Below, piece after piece: positions 28,713-38,471 of a stretch of DNA of 51,385 bases. The notes under the pieces are model-generated. The model ran no database searches. It was not told the origin of the DNA and saw only the letters and a program-made list of their open reading frames with translations. Numbering within the stretch: position 1 is the first letter of the stretch; the number at the start of each line of letters is the position of its first letter. The DNA is from an uncultured Bacteroides sp. Lineage in GTDB: Bacteria; Bacteroidota; Bacteroidia; Bacteroidales; Muribaculaceae. The stretch is from assembly GCA_964423485.1 (NCBI GenBank), contig CAYRFB010000001.1:1-51385 (forward strand). Direction: 5' to 3'. Both the position numbers and the translations under genes were made by a program.

Positions 28713-30091
28713 TGGTGATGTCTGCCAAAGTGGGTCAAATGGACTTCATAGAACTTACGACGCGTAACTAGCATCACTATGCCATAAGATATCAGAGTAA
28801 CTGCAACAAGCGGCAATAAGAAATTGAACCCGTTACACATCTCTGCGGTCAGGAACAATGCCATCAGCGGAGCTCTGATAACTCCGGCCATAACTCCGGC
28901 CATACCGATATAAGCAAAAACTTGTGGTGGCAGCTGAAGCTCAAAGAAATAATTGACTATCAGGGCGAAGAACAGTCCGGCAACCGCTCCGGCAAACAGA
29001 GTTGGTGCGAAATCACCGGCAACACCGCCTCCGCTATTCGACGCCGAGCAGGCAAAGCATTTGGCCAACAGCACCCCTCCCAAAATCACTGGCAACCTCA
29101 AGTCGCCAAGTGAAAGGTCTGGGACGCGAGAATCTGCAAAAGGCGCACTCCAATCAACATTGATAATCTTGCCGATCACATCATAACCTTCACTGAAAAG
29201 ACTCGGGAAGACAAATATCAGCACCGCGAGTATAACACCTGACGTTATATTTTCCCACCACGGGCTCTTGAATGAGTCATAAACCTTGCGCATGCGTTTC
29301 ATCACGGCCGAGTAATAGACTGAATACAAACCGCAGAACACACCCAGTGCAATTGTCCAAATCAAAATTGACGGATCAAAATTAATGTTATGACTCCAGG
29401 CGATGTCGAGCGTGAAGCCCGAAAGAGCATATGCCGTCAATGAAGCGCTGATACAAGCTGCCAGCAATGCGATGACCGAAACTGTCGTAAATGCCATGCC
29501 AAGCACCTCAAGAGTGAACAGTGCGCCGCCGATCGGTGCTTTGAATATGCCAGCGATGCCTGCACCGGCGCCACAACCGATCAGCAGATAAAGCGTTTGT
29601 GGCGACACGCCGCATATGCGCCCAACATTACTTCCGATTGCTGCCCCCGCATAAGCGATAGGGCCTTCCGATCCGGCCGAACCGCCAAAACCAAGTGTCA
29701 ACGAACTGGCAATGATAGGTGCATAGGTGAGCCGCGGACTCAGCACGAATTTTTGTGAAGCAAGGTCATTTACGAGTTTATCTACGCCATGAGAGATGCG
29801 GTCACGCAGTATATACCTCTGATAAATACCCGTAAGGACAATGCCTGCAACAGGCAGCCACATCAAGGCCCAGATAGGTGTGCCATCGATCGCCAAAGGG
29901 CTGACCCACGACACTATATAACCGATAATCTTTTTAAGCACAGCTGCACCAAAGCCTGTAATGATGCCAATGATAACTGCGAGCACAAAAAGTCTCACCT
30001 TGTCAGACGCATGAGGCATAAAGCGCAGGCGCGCATCTGTAGCGACACGCGCATCGTCAGTTGTTTCCCAAGCTTTATTGCGTGACGACAT
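28706..30091 (-). CDS. ClC chloride channel/transporter family protein without CBS domains
   Basis: SHGV, GGSAGSEGP (gating Glu), FKAPIGGALF, GDFAP, IRAPLMA; many TM helices. Confidence 0.9.
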   Translation of the reverse strand: MSSRNKAWETTDDARVATDARLRFMPHASDKVRLFVLAVIIGIITGFGAAVLKKIIGYIVSWVSPLAIDGTPIWALMWLPVAGIVLTGIYQRYILRDRISHGVDKLVNDLASQKFVLSPRLTYAPIIASSLTLGFGGSAGSEGPIAYAGAAIGSNVGRICGVSPQTLYLLIGCGAGAGIAGIFKAPIGGALFTLEVLGMAFTTVSVIALLAACISASLTAYALSGFTLDIAWSHNINFDPSILIWTIALGVFCGLYSVYYSAVMKRMRKVYDSFKSPWWENITSGVILAVLIFVFPSLFSEGYDVIGKIINVDWSAPFADSRVPDLSLGDLRLPVILGGVLLAKCFACSASNSGGGVAGDFAPTLFAGAVAGLFFALIVNYFFELQLPPQVFAYIGMAGVMAGVIRAPLMALFLTAEMCNGFNFLLPLVAVTLISYGIVMLVTRRKFYEVHLTHFGRHHHQ

Positions 30092-30211
30092 GCTAATTAC
30101 AGTATAAAAAGTTCGTTTTTTTCTATATTAAACATCTGTTAATGCGCCATTGTTGCATAGCAGACCGATTTTTACTCAATAATTTGTATATTTGCACAAA
30201 ATTATAGATTA

Positions 30212-30691
30212 ATGGCAAATAATCAAAAAACTAATGCAGTCAGGCTACTCGAAAAGGCCAAAATCGACTTTGAAATAGTGCCTTATGAGGTTGACGAAAA
30301 CAATCTCGCCGCAACCCACGTCGCTGAGCAACTCGGCGAAGACATTGCACAAGTGTTTAAGACCCTTGTCCTTCACGGTGAGCGGGTGGGTTACTTTGTC
30401 TGCGTCATTCCCGGCGACAAAGAAGTCGATTTAAAAAAAGCGGCCAAGGCTGTTGGTGCCAAAAAGGCTGAAATGATTCCGATGAAAGATCTATTGCCGA
30501 CGACCGGCTATATCCGTGGCGGCTGCTCGCCGATTGGCATGAAGAAACCTTTCCCGACTTTCTTTGACGAGACGGCACTCAGCTTTGACTTCATTTACGT
30601 CAGCGCCGGTGTCAGGGGCTTGCAAATTAAGATTAATCCCAATGATTTAATTTCATTTGTAGGCGCGAGCACTGCCGACTTGACCAAATAA
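30212..30691 (+). CDS. ybaK: Cys-tRNA(Pro) deacylase YbaK
   Basis: [31 protein letters not shown]; TATATTTG -7 element at 30187-30194. Confidence 0.93.
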   Translation: MANNQKTNAVRLLEKAKIDFEIVPYEVDENNLAATHVAEQLGEDIAQVFKTLVLHGERVGYFVCVIPGDKEVDLKKAAKAVGAKKAEMIPMKDLLPTTGYIRGGCSPIGMKKPFPTFFDETALSFDFIYVSAGVRGLQIKINPNDLISFVGASTADLTK

Positions 30692-30701
30692 TCTGACACC
30701 T

Positions 30702-31781
30702 ATGAATACTTTTGGCAGAATATACCGACTGACATCGTTTGGCGAAAGTCACGGCCCCGCTATTGGTGGAGTCATTGATGGCATACCGTCAAATTTCGAA
30801 ATCGACCTTGATGAAATTCAACACCAGCTCGATCGACGACGTCCCGGTCAGTCAGCCATCGTCACTGCAAGGAATGAAAGCGACCGAGTCAAGATCCTGT
30901 CAGGCATCTTTGAGGGAAAAACACTTGGCACACCCATCGGCTTCATAATCGAAAACGGTGACCACCATAGCAACGATTATGAAGAGATGCGCCACTCTTT
31001 TCGCCCCTCACACGCTGATTACACATATCAGATGAAGTACGGTATCCGCGACCACCGTGGCGGCGGCCGCTCGTCGGCCAGAGAGACTGCTGCGAGAGTC
31101 GTTGCCGGCGCCTTTGCCAGCCAAATCTTAAAAAACTTGGGCATAGATATTTATGCCTTTACCTCACAAGTAGGATCGATCAAATTAGACAAATCCCCGG
31201 CCGAACTGAATTTTTCAGAAATTGACAGTAATCCAGTCAGATGTCCCGATGCGCCGGTCGCTGAAAAGATGGAAGAGCTTATCCGTGACGTTAAGTCAAA
31301 TGGAGATACTGTTGGCGGCATCATCAGCTGCATAATAACAGGTGTACCCGTCGGGATTGGACAACCGGTCTTCGGGAAACTCCATGCCAAGCTCGCCGAA
31401 GCAATGTTAAGCATCAACGCGGCCAAAGGATTTGACTACGGCATGGGCTTTGCCGGGGCCTCGATGCTCGGCTCGCAGACGATTGACCGCTTTACAATTG
31501 ATGACAACAATCCGGTTCACACCGCGACCAATCATTCAGGGGGCATACAAGGAGGCATCTCCAACGGCGAAGACATCTATTTCAGAGTCGCTTTCAAGCC
31601 TGTAGCCACATTATTACAGGAAGTCGAGACCATAGATGACGACGGCAATCCCTCTGTCTTAAAGGCGCGTGGGCGTCATGACCCATGCGTGGTGCCAAGA
31701 GCAGTGCCTATCGTCGAAGCAATGGCTGCAATGGTAATGCTCGATGAAATATTGCTCAACAACGCCTACCGTCTCGGCTGA
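30702..31781 (+). CDS. aroC: Chorismate synthase
   Basis: [39 protein letters not shown]. Confidence 0.97.
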   Translation: MNTFGRIYRLTSFGESHGPAIGGVIDGIPSNFEIDLDEIQHQLDRRRPGQSAIVTARNESDRVKILSGIFEGKTLGTPIGFIIENGDHHSNDYEEMRHSFRPSHADYTYQMKYGIRDHRGGGRSSARETAARVVAGAFASQILKNLGIDIYAFTSQVGSIKLDKSPAELNFSEIDSNPVRCPDAPVAEKMEELIRDVKSNGDTVGGIISCIITGVPVGIGQPVFGKLHAKLAEAMLSINAAKGFDYGMGFAGASMLGSQTIDRFTIDDNNPVHTATNHSGGIQGGISNGEDIYFRVAFKPVATLLQEVETIDDDGNPSVLKARGRHDPCVVPRAVPIVEAMAAMVMLDEILLNNAYRLG

Positions 31782-32680
31782 TGAATCCTAATAATCCATA
31801 TTATAAGGATTACGCTGATTTCTTGGCCGAAAAATTTGATGGCAAGGTTCAGAAAATTACCGTAAATGCCGGTTTCACCTGCCCTAACCGCGACGGCACC
31901 CTCGGACGCGGAGGCTGCGCATATTGCAACAACAGTTCCTTTTCTCCGGTGACCGGCGAAAAAGAGAGATCCGTGACTAAACAGCTTGCCGACGGCAAGC
32001 AATTTTTCAGCCGCAAATACCCCGCTATGCGCTATCTCGCATACTTTCAGTCCTATACCAATACTTACGGCGAAACTGACCGCCTTATGTCATTGTATAA
32101 AGAGGCCATGGCTGACGCCGACGTGGTTGGCATCATCATCGGCACCCGGCCTGACTGTATGCCCGACGAACTCCTCACTCAACTGGCAGAGCTGAACAAG
32201 TCAAAAGCCGTCATAATCGAATATGGAGCTGAAAGCAGCCACGACTCCACTTTGAACGCTGTCAACCGCTGTCACGACTGGACTACGACTGTCGATGCGG
32301 TCCTGCGCACCCACAATGCAGGCTTATCCGTCGGCCTTCATTTTATATTAGGGCTGCCGGGAGAGACCAGGGAGATGATGTTGCAGACCGTAGACCGTGC
32401 ATGCCGGCTGCCGATCGACTGCATCAAATTTCATCAGTTGCAGATCATCCGTGGCACACGCCTTGCTGCCGATTATCTTAACGGCCGCCTCGATCTCACC
32501 ATCCGGGATGTTGACGACTACATCTCACTTTGCGCAGACATAATCACACGTATTCGCCCCGACATCGCGATCGAGCGCTTTGTCTCACAATCGCCCGACA
32601 ATCTCCTCATCGCTCCACGCTGGGGCCTTAAAAATTATGAATTTACTCACAGGTTGTTCAATGTGCTCGCCCATAAATGA
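31781..32680 (+). CDS. YhcC-like radical SAM protein (TIGR01212 type)
   Basis: GFTCPNRDGTLGRGGCAYC, YFQSYTNTY, GTRPDC. Confidence 0.9.
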   Translation: MNPNNPYYKDYADFLAEKFDGKVQKITVNAGFTCPNRDGTLGRGGCAYCNNSSFSPVTGEKERSVTKQLADGKQFFSRKYPAMRYLAYFQSYTNTYGETDRLMSLYKEAMADADVVGIIIGTRPDCMPDELLTQLAELNKSKAVIIEYGAESSHDSTLNAVNRCHDWTTTVDAVLRTHNAGLSVGLHFILGLPGETREMMLQTVDRACRLPIDCIKFHQLQIIRGTRLAADYLNGRLDLTIRDVDDYISLCADIITRIRPDIAIERFVSQSPDNLLIAPRWGLKNYEFTHRLFNVLAHK

Positions 32681-32687
32681 TTTTTGA

Positions 32688-32719
32688 TTTGGCATTCTTT
32701 TTTATTTAATGTAATTTTG
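32688..32719 (+). promoter_or_regulatory. sigmaA promoter for dcp and the S41 protease
   Basis: TTTG (32688-32691)-N20-TAATTTTG (32712-32719); implies the CDS starts downstream of the ORF-track start. Confidence 0.7.
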
Positions 32720-32779
32720 TTGTCAAATTACATCTCAAGTATGTCAAATCAAATAAATAACCATAATAACCAATCCCAG

Positions 32780-34936
32780 ATGAAACATCAGCTCATCAGT
32801 GCTGCTTGCGGTGCAGCGCTTATCGGTGCGGCTTCAATCGCCTGCACTGACCACGCTCACAAGAACCCTTTCTTGGAGCCTTACACCACTCCTTATGAAA
32901 TTCCCCCATTCGATCAAATCACTTATGCCGACTATCTGCCGGCCTTAGAGGCAGGCATCGCTCAGCACCAGAGCCAGATTGATTCGATTGTCGCCAATCC
33001 CGACACCCCAACCTTTGAGAACACCATCCTTGCCCTCGATCGCTCGGGTGAAATACTCGAAAAGGTGGTTGCTGTTTTCACAAACCTCGACGAATCCAAC
33101 TCATCGCCTGAAATGGTTGAGATCGCAGAGAAATTTTATCCCATGCTTTCTCAGCATAGCGATGAAACTTCGATGAACGACAAGCTTTTCGAGCGCGTTA
33201 AGTATCTTTACGACCATCCTGAGCTTGGCTATGCCACCGATCAGCGCCGCATGATCGAAGACTCTTACAAATCTTTCACTCGCAACGGCGCGCTGCTCGA
33301 CGCTGAGAATAAAGAAGAGCTCAAAAAAATCAACTCTGAGATCACCGATCTTTATCTCCAGTTCAACAAGAATCTTCTCAACGCCACCAACAGCGTTGCG
33401 ATTGTCGTCGAAGACTCTGCCCGCCTTGCCGGTCTCCCCGCCTCGAGCATTGCAGTTGCCGCCGAAGAGGCTGCCAAGCGCAATCTCGGCGAAGGCAAAT
33501 GGGTGTTCACCCTCCACGCTCCGAGCCGTCTGCCTTTGCTCCAGTATGCTGACGACCGCGACCTGCGCAAAGAAATGTACGAGGCTTACACCAACCTTGC
33601 TTCTTCAGGCGAGTACAACAACAACCCCATCATCAGCAAGATCTTGATCGCTCGCGCCAAAAAAGCCAATCTCCTTGGCTTCGAAAACTTTGGCGCATAT
33701 ATGACCGACAATGTTATGGCCAAGACTGTCGACCGCGCTGAGGACTTGCTCATGCAGATCTGGCAACCCGCCGTCAAGAAAGTCGGCGAGGAAGTGGCCG
33801 AAATGCAAGCCGTGGTTGATGAGAACGGTGGCGGCTTCGAGATCGCTCCTTGGGATTACTACTACTATGCCGAAAAGGTTCGCCAGAAAAAATATGACCT
33901 CGACGAGTCAAAGGTTCGCGAATATTTTGCCCTCGACTCTGTGCGCAACGGCATCTTCTCTATGGCAGAGCGCCTCTATGGTGTGAAGTTTACCGAGATG
34001 CCCGACGCTCCAAAATACTTCGACGAAGTCACAGTCTATGACGTGACCGACGCCAATACCGGCGAACATGTAGCCGTCTTTATGACCGACTATTTCCCCC
34101 GCGAATCAAAGCGCCAGGGCGCATGGATGAGCGAATTTAAAGGTTCTTGGGTCAACGAAGACGGCTCTGCTTCTCGCCCCGTAATCTTCAATGTCGGCAA
34201 CTTCTCTCGCCCGACTGCTGACGCGCCTGCCCTTCTCACTCTTGATGAGGTTGAAACTATGTTCCACGAATTCGGCCACGGTCTTCACGGCATGCTTTCA
34301 CGCGCTCGCTACAAAGGCCAGTCAGGCACAAATGTTGACCGCGACTTCGTTGAGCTTCCCTCTCAGATCCACGAGCACTGGGCTCTTGAGCCTGAGTTGC
34401 TCAAGACTTATGCCCGTCACTACAAGACCGGCGAAGTCATCCCCGACGAGCTCATTGCCAAGCTCGAAGCTTCATCCACTCATAATCAAGGCTTTGCCAC
34501 TGCAGAACTCGCCGGAGCTGCCCTCCTTGACCTCGAATATGGCAAACTCAATCCCACCGAAGAGATCGACGTAGCTGACTTCGAAAAGCGTGTAGCCGAA
34601 AAGCTCGGCATGCCCGCTCAGCTCACTTTCCGCTACCGCTCGCCCTACTTCAAACACATCTTTGGCAGCGACGGATACGCTTCGGGTTACTACACCTATC
34701 TCTGGGCTGAGGTGCTCGACACTGACGGCTTCGAACTCTTCAAAGAAAAAGGCATCTTCGATCCCGAAACAGCCAAGGCGTTCAAAGAGAACATCCTCGA
34801 AAAAGGCGGATCTGAAGACCCGATGGTTCTGTTTGTCAACTTCCGCGGACACGAGCCTTCTGTCGATGCTCTCCTGCGCAACCGCGGACTCGAACCGATG
34901 CCTAAAATGGATCTCAAATCCAAATCAGGAAAATAA
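32780..34936 (+). CDS. dcp: M3 family peptidyl-dipeptidase Dcp (lipoprotein)
   Basis: Lipobox SIAC, GAWM, FHEFGHGLH zinc motif, DFVELPSQ, YASGYYTYLWAEVLD. Start placed at MKHQ (32780). Confidence 0.92.
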   Translation: MKHQLISAACGAALIGAASIACTDHAHKNPFLEPYTTPYEIPPFDQITYADYLPALEAGIAQHQSQIDSIVANPDTPTFENTILALDRSGEILEKVVAVFTNLDESNSSPEMVEIAEKFYPMLSQHSDETSMNDKLFERVKYLYDHPELGYATDQRRMIEDSYKSFTRNGALLDAENKEELKKINSEITDLYLQFNKNLLNATNSVAIVVEDSARLAGLPASSIAVAAEEAAKRNLGEGKWVFTLHAPSRLPLLQYADDRDLRKEMYEAYTNLASSGEYNNNPIISKILIARAKKANLLGFENFGAYMTDNVMAKTVDRAEDLLMQIWQPAVKKVGEEVAEMQAVVDENGGGFEIAPWDYYYYAEKVRQKKYDLDESKVREYFALDSVRNGIFSMAERLYGVKFTEMPDAPKYFDEVTVYDVTDANTGEHVAVFMTDYFPRESKRQGAWMSEFKGSWVNEDGSASRPVIFNVGNFSRPTADAPALLTLDEVETMFHEFGHGLHGMLSRARYKGQSGTNVDRDFVELPSQIHEHWALEPELLKTYARHYKTGEVIPDELIAKLEASSTHNQGFATAELAGAALLDLEYGKLNPTEEIDVADFEKRVAEKLGMPAQLTFRYRSPYFKHIFGSDGYASGYYTYLWAEVLDTDGFELFKEKGIFDPETAKAFKENILEKGGSEDPMVLFVNFRGHEPSVDALLRNRGLEPMPKMDLKSKSGK

Positions 34937-34938
34937 TT

Positions 34939-37900
34939 ATGAAAAAAACTATTCTTTCCGCCTTAGCTCTCTCGCTTGCGGCAACTTCGTTTGCCGAGAG
35001 CCCGCTTTGGCTCCGCGATGCTGCCATCTCGCCTGACGGCTCGGAAATAGCATTTACTTATAAAGGCGACATCTTCACCGTGCCGGTTGCAGGCGGCAAA
35101 GCGCGCCAGATCACCACTGACAAAGCCTACGACAGCAAACCGGTGTGGACACCTGATTCTCGTCATATCGTTTTCAACAGCACTCGTCAGGGCTCGTCTG
35201 ACATTTTTATCTGCGATGCCGGCGGTGGCAACGTTCGCCGCCTGACCACTCACAGCGGCGCCGAGACTCCCCTTGGTTTTAACAATGAAGGCCGACTCTT
35301 CTTCACTGCCAATATTCAGCCCGCTCGCGAGGCCATCCAGGGTCCGTTCCAGACTCAGCTCTACTCAATTGACATCGACAACGAAAATCCTCGCCCCCGC
35401 CAGGAACTTTCAGTCCAGATGCGTGCCCTCAGCTTCAACCCCGCCGGCGAAATGCTTTACGAGGACAAAAAAGGCTTTGAAGACCCTCTTCGCAAGCACG
35501 AGCGCTCATCAGGCACATCTGACATCTGGTTGCTCCGCGACGGCAACTTCACTAAGCTTACCGATTTCAACGGCCACGACCTCAACCCGATTTGGGCTGC
35601 CGACGGCAAGTCGTTCTATTACATCAGCGAGCAGGATGGCACCCTCAACATCTATCATAGCACTCTCGACGGCAAGCGCCAGAAACTTTCATCGTTCGAA
35701 AAGCACCCCGTCCGTTCACTTTCGGCTGCCACTGACGGTACACTTGCTTTCAGCTGGGACGGCGAGCTCTATACTCTCCGTCAAGGCGCACAGCCTCAAA
35801 AAGTCAGCCTTGAGATCATTAGTGATGACTATGACAGTGACATAATCAAAAACCTGCGTAACTCAGGTGCTACTACCATGGCCGTATCACCGTCAGGCGA
35901 TGAGGTGGCCTTCGTCATCCGTGGCGACGTCTATGTCACATCTACTAAGTATAAGACTACAAAGCGCGTCACCGATACTCCGGCTCAGGAGCGCACTCTC
36001 AGTTTCTCACCCGACGGCCGCTCGCTTGTTTACGACAGCGATCGCGACGGCCTCTGGCAGCTGTTTGTCGCAAAGCTGACCAACGACGATGACAAGCAAT
36101 TTGCTTACGCCTCTGACATCACCGAAGAGCCCCTCTACAGCTGCTCAACCTCGGCTCAGCAACCGGTCTTCAGCCCTGACGGCAAAAAGATTGCCTTCCT
36201 CGAAAACCGCACAGAGCTTAAAGTCATCGACCTTGACACAAAGAAGGTCAACACCGCTCTTGACGGGAAATACAACTACTCTTACACCGACGGCGACATC
36301 AGCTTTGCCTGGAGTCCCGACAGCCGCTGGCTTCTCATTGATTATATAGGTGAAGGCGGTTGGAACAACACCGACATCGCTCTCGTCAAAGCTGACGGCA
36401 CCGAAGTAGTTGACCTCACCGAAAGCGGCTACAGCGACGGCAACGCAAAATGGGCGCTCGATGGTAAAGCCATCACCTACTCCACTGGTCGTTACGGCAT
36501 GCGTAGCCACGGCAGCTGGGGCAACACCTCTGATGTCATCCTGATGGTGCTCGACGGCGAAGCGTGGGACAACTTCAACCTCACCGAGGAGGAAGCCGCC
36601 CTTGCCGAAAAAGCCAAAGACGCCGACAAAGACAAATCTGACGACGCCGACAAAGACTCCAAGTCAAAAAACAAAAAGTCAAAGAAAGACGGCAAGAAAG
36701 CCGACGACTCTGACGACGTCACTCCCCTCACCTTTGACCTCGCCAACCGCAAATACCGCACTCGCCGCCTGACTTCATCGTCATCAAGCCTCGGCGACTA
36801 CTTCCTCTCACCCAAGGGCGACAAATTCTACTACTCGGCAGCCGCAACCGAGGGCGGTCGCAACCTTATGGTCCGCGACCTTAAGAAAGGCGACACAAAA
36901 GTCCTGCTCAAAGATATCAGCGGCGGCTTCGAGACCGACAAAGACGGCAAAAACCTCTTTGTCATCGGCGGCAGCGGCATGAAAAAGATCGACCTCGCAT
37001 CGGCCGACGTCTCACCCATCGAGTTCGAAGCCCCCTACGACCGTCAGCCCTCCAAAGAGCGCGAATACATCTACGACCATATGTGGAAACAGGTCAAAGA
37101 CAAATTCTACGACGAAAACCTCCACGGCGTCGACTGGGACTACTACGGCCAGCATTACCGCCAATTCCTCCCCTATATCAACAACAACTACGACTTCGCC
37201 ACCCTCCTCAGCGAAATCCTCGGCGAGCTCAACGCCTCACACACCGGCGGACGCTACTACGGCCCAGGAGCCTCAATGCCGACAGCCGAACTCGGCGCAT
37301 TCTTTGACCCCGCCTACGAAGGCGACGGCCTCAAGATCGCCGAAGTCCTTCCCCGCGGCCCCCTTTCAGCCACAAAATATGACATCGAGCCTGGCGACAT
37401 CATCATGGCCATCGACGGCGAGCCGATCGTGAGCGGCAAAGACTACTTCCCACTCCTCGAAGGAAAAGCCAACAAAAAGACAGCCCTCACAGTCCTCCGC
37501 GCCAACGGCAAGACCGACCGCATCGAAGTAAAGCCCTCCTACTCGAGCCGCGACCTCCTCTACACCCGCTGGGTAGAGCGCAACCAGGCCATGGTCGATA
37601 GCCTCTCCGACGGCCGCATCGGCTACGTCCACGTCACCGGCATGGACAGCCCCAGCTTCCGCACAGTCTTCGACGAAATGCTCGGCAAATACCGCAACCG
37701 CGAAGCCATAATCGTCGACACCCGCTGGAACGGCGGCGGTTGGCTCCACAACGACCTCGCCATACTACTCGGCGGCAAAGAATACGTCCGCTTCACACCC
37801 CGCGGCCACTACATCGGCAGCGAGCCATTCTCACAGTGGACCAAACCCTCAGTCATGCTCGTCAACGAAAGCAACTACAGCGACGCCCACGGCTCACCCT

Positions 37901-38175
37901 TCGTCTACCAGACACTCGGCCTCGGCGACGTCGTCGGAGCCCCCGTCCCAGGCACCATGACCGCCGTTTGGTGGGAAACACAGATCGACCCATCCCTCAT
38001 CTTCGGCATACCCCAGGTCACCTCACAAGACATGGACGGCAACATCCTCGAAAACCGCCAGCTCAACCCCGACGTCATCATCTACAACAACCCCAAAGAC
38101 GTCATCAACGGCGTCGACGACCAGATCGCCGGCTCAGTCAAGACCCTCCTCAAAAAACTCGACGCCGCAAAATAA
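34939..38175 (+). CDS. Tricorn-like S41 serine protease (PD40 beta-propellers, PDZ)
   Basis: Signal peptide, repeated SPDG/TPDS motifs, ELNASHTG (His), IGYVHV, DTRWNGGG, NYSDAH (Ser). Confidence 0.92.
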   Translation: MKKTILSALALSLAATSFAESPLWLRDAAISPDGSEIAFTYKGDIFTVPVAGGKARQITTDKAYDSKPVWTPDSRHIVFNSTRQGSSDIFICDAGGGNVRRLTTHSGAETPLGFNNEGRLFFTANIQPAREAIQGPFQTQLYSIDIDNENPRPRQELSVQMRALSFNPAGEMLYEDKKGFEDPLRKHERSSGTSDIWLLRDGNFTKLTDFNGHDLNPIWAADGKSFYYISEQDGTLNIYHSTLDGKRQKLSSFEKHPVRSLSAATDGTLAFSWDGELYTLRQGAQPQKVSLEIISDDYDSDIIKNLRNSGATTMAVSPSGDEVAFVIRGDVYVTSTKYKTTKRVTDTPAQERTLSFSPDGRSLVYDSDRDGLWQLFVAKLTNDDDKQFAYASDITEEPLYSCSTSAQQPVFSPDGKKIAFLENRTELKVIDLDTKKVNTALDGKYNYSYTDGDISFAWSPDSRWLLIDYIGEGGWNNTDIALVKADGTEVVDLTESGYSDGNAKWALDGKAITYSTGRYGMRSHGSWGNTSDVILMVLDGEAWDNFNLTEEEAALAEKAKDADKDKSDDADKDSKSKNKKSKKDGKKADDSDDVTPLTFDLANRKYRTRRLTSSSSSLGDYFLSPKGDKFYYSAAATEGGRNLMVRDLKKGDTKVLLKDISGGFETDKDGKNLFVIGGSGMKKIDLASADVSPIEFEAPYDRQPSKEREYIYDHMWKQVKDKFYDENLHGVDWDYYGQHYRQFLPYINNNYDFATLLSEILGELNASHTGGRYYGPGASMPTAELGAFFDPAYEGDGLKIAEVLPRGPLSATKYDIEPGDIIMAIDGEPIVSGKDYFPLLEGKANKKTALTVLRANGKTDRIEVKPSYSSRDLLYTRWVERNQAMVDSLSDGRIGYVHVTGMDSPSFRTVFDEMLGKYRNREAIIVDTRWNGGGWLHNDLAILLGGKEYVRFTPRGHYIGSEPFSQWTKPSVMLVNESNYSDAHGSPFVYQTLGLGDVVGAPVPGTMTAVWWETQIDPSLIFGIPQVTSQDMDGNILENRQLNPDVIIYNNPKDVINGVDDQIAGSVKTLLKKLDAAK

Positions 38176-38199
38176 TCACCCTCACACCGCCACTCCCAC

Positions 38200-38246
38200 A
38201 AAGGAGACAGACGCCACCTCAACGCGTCTGTCTCCTTTAAATTTTC
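38200..38246 (+). terminator. Strong hairpin/terminator after the S41 protease
   Basis: 15-bp perfect inverted repeat AAAGGAGACAGACGC/GCGTCTGTCTCCTTT (38200-38238), 9-nt loop, followed by AAATTTT. Confidence 0.75.
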
Positions 38247-38273
38247 ACACCGATTCAAAAATTTCACACTCCG

Positions 38274-38305
38274 CTTGCTTGCAACCGAAACTTTTATTAA
38301 CTTTG
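38274..38305 (+). promoter_or_regulatory. sigmaA promoter of the polysaccharide locus
   Basis: cTTG (38274-38277)-N20-TAACTTTG (38298-38305); gives a leader of about 160 nt before upxY. Confidence 0.65.
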
Positions 38306-38471
38306 CGCTATTAACAACGGCTCACATAACGAGAGATTGTTAATTACGCTGATGACCTCATCAGCTCTAAAGTTTTCGGAAGTTTGACGGCCGAGCTAAC
38401 CCAATCTATTATCAGATAGACCGTTAGCCGCGAGTCAAGCTAAGTAAAAGAACACCCTTTACCACTGCGAA

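Noticed and set aside
32684-32779. ORF-track N-terminal extensions of dcp (also GH3 9910-9969 and DUF5103 25195-25254)
   Set aside because: They overlap a promoter or a neighbouring gene; downstream ATGs give proper signal peptides.
36595-36720. Lys/Asp-rich low-complexity stretch in the S41 protease
   Set aside because: A charged linker typical of tricorn-like proteases, not a separate repeat element.
38176-38471. Invertible promoter for the capsule locus
   Set aside because: No inverted repeat pair flanks the promoter (only local hairpins and a short TTTCACAC direct repeat), and there is no recombinase in the window.
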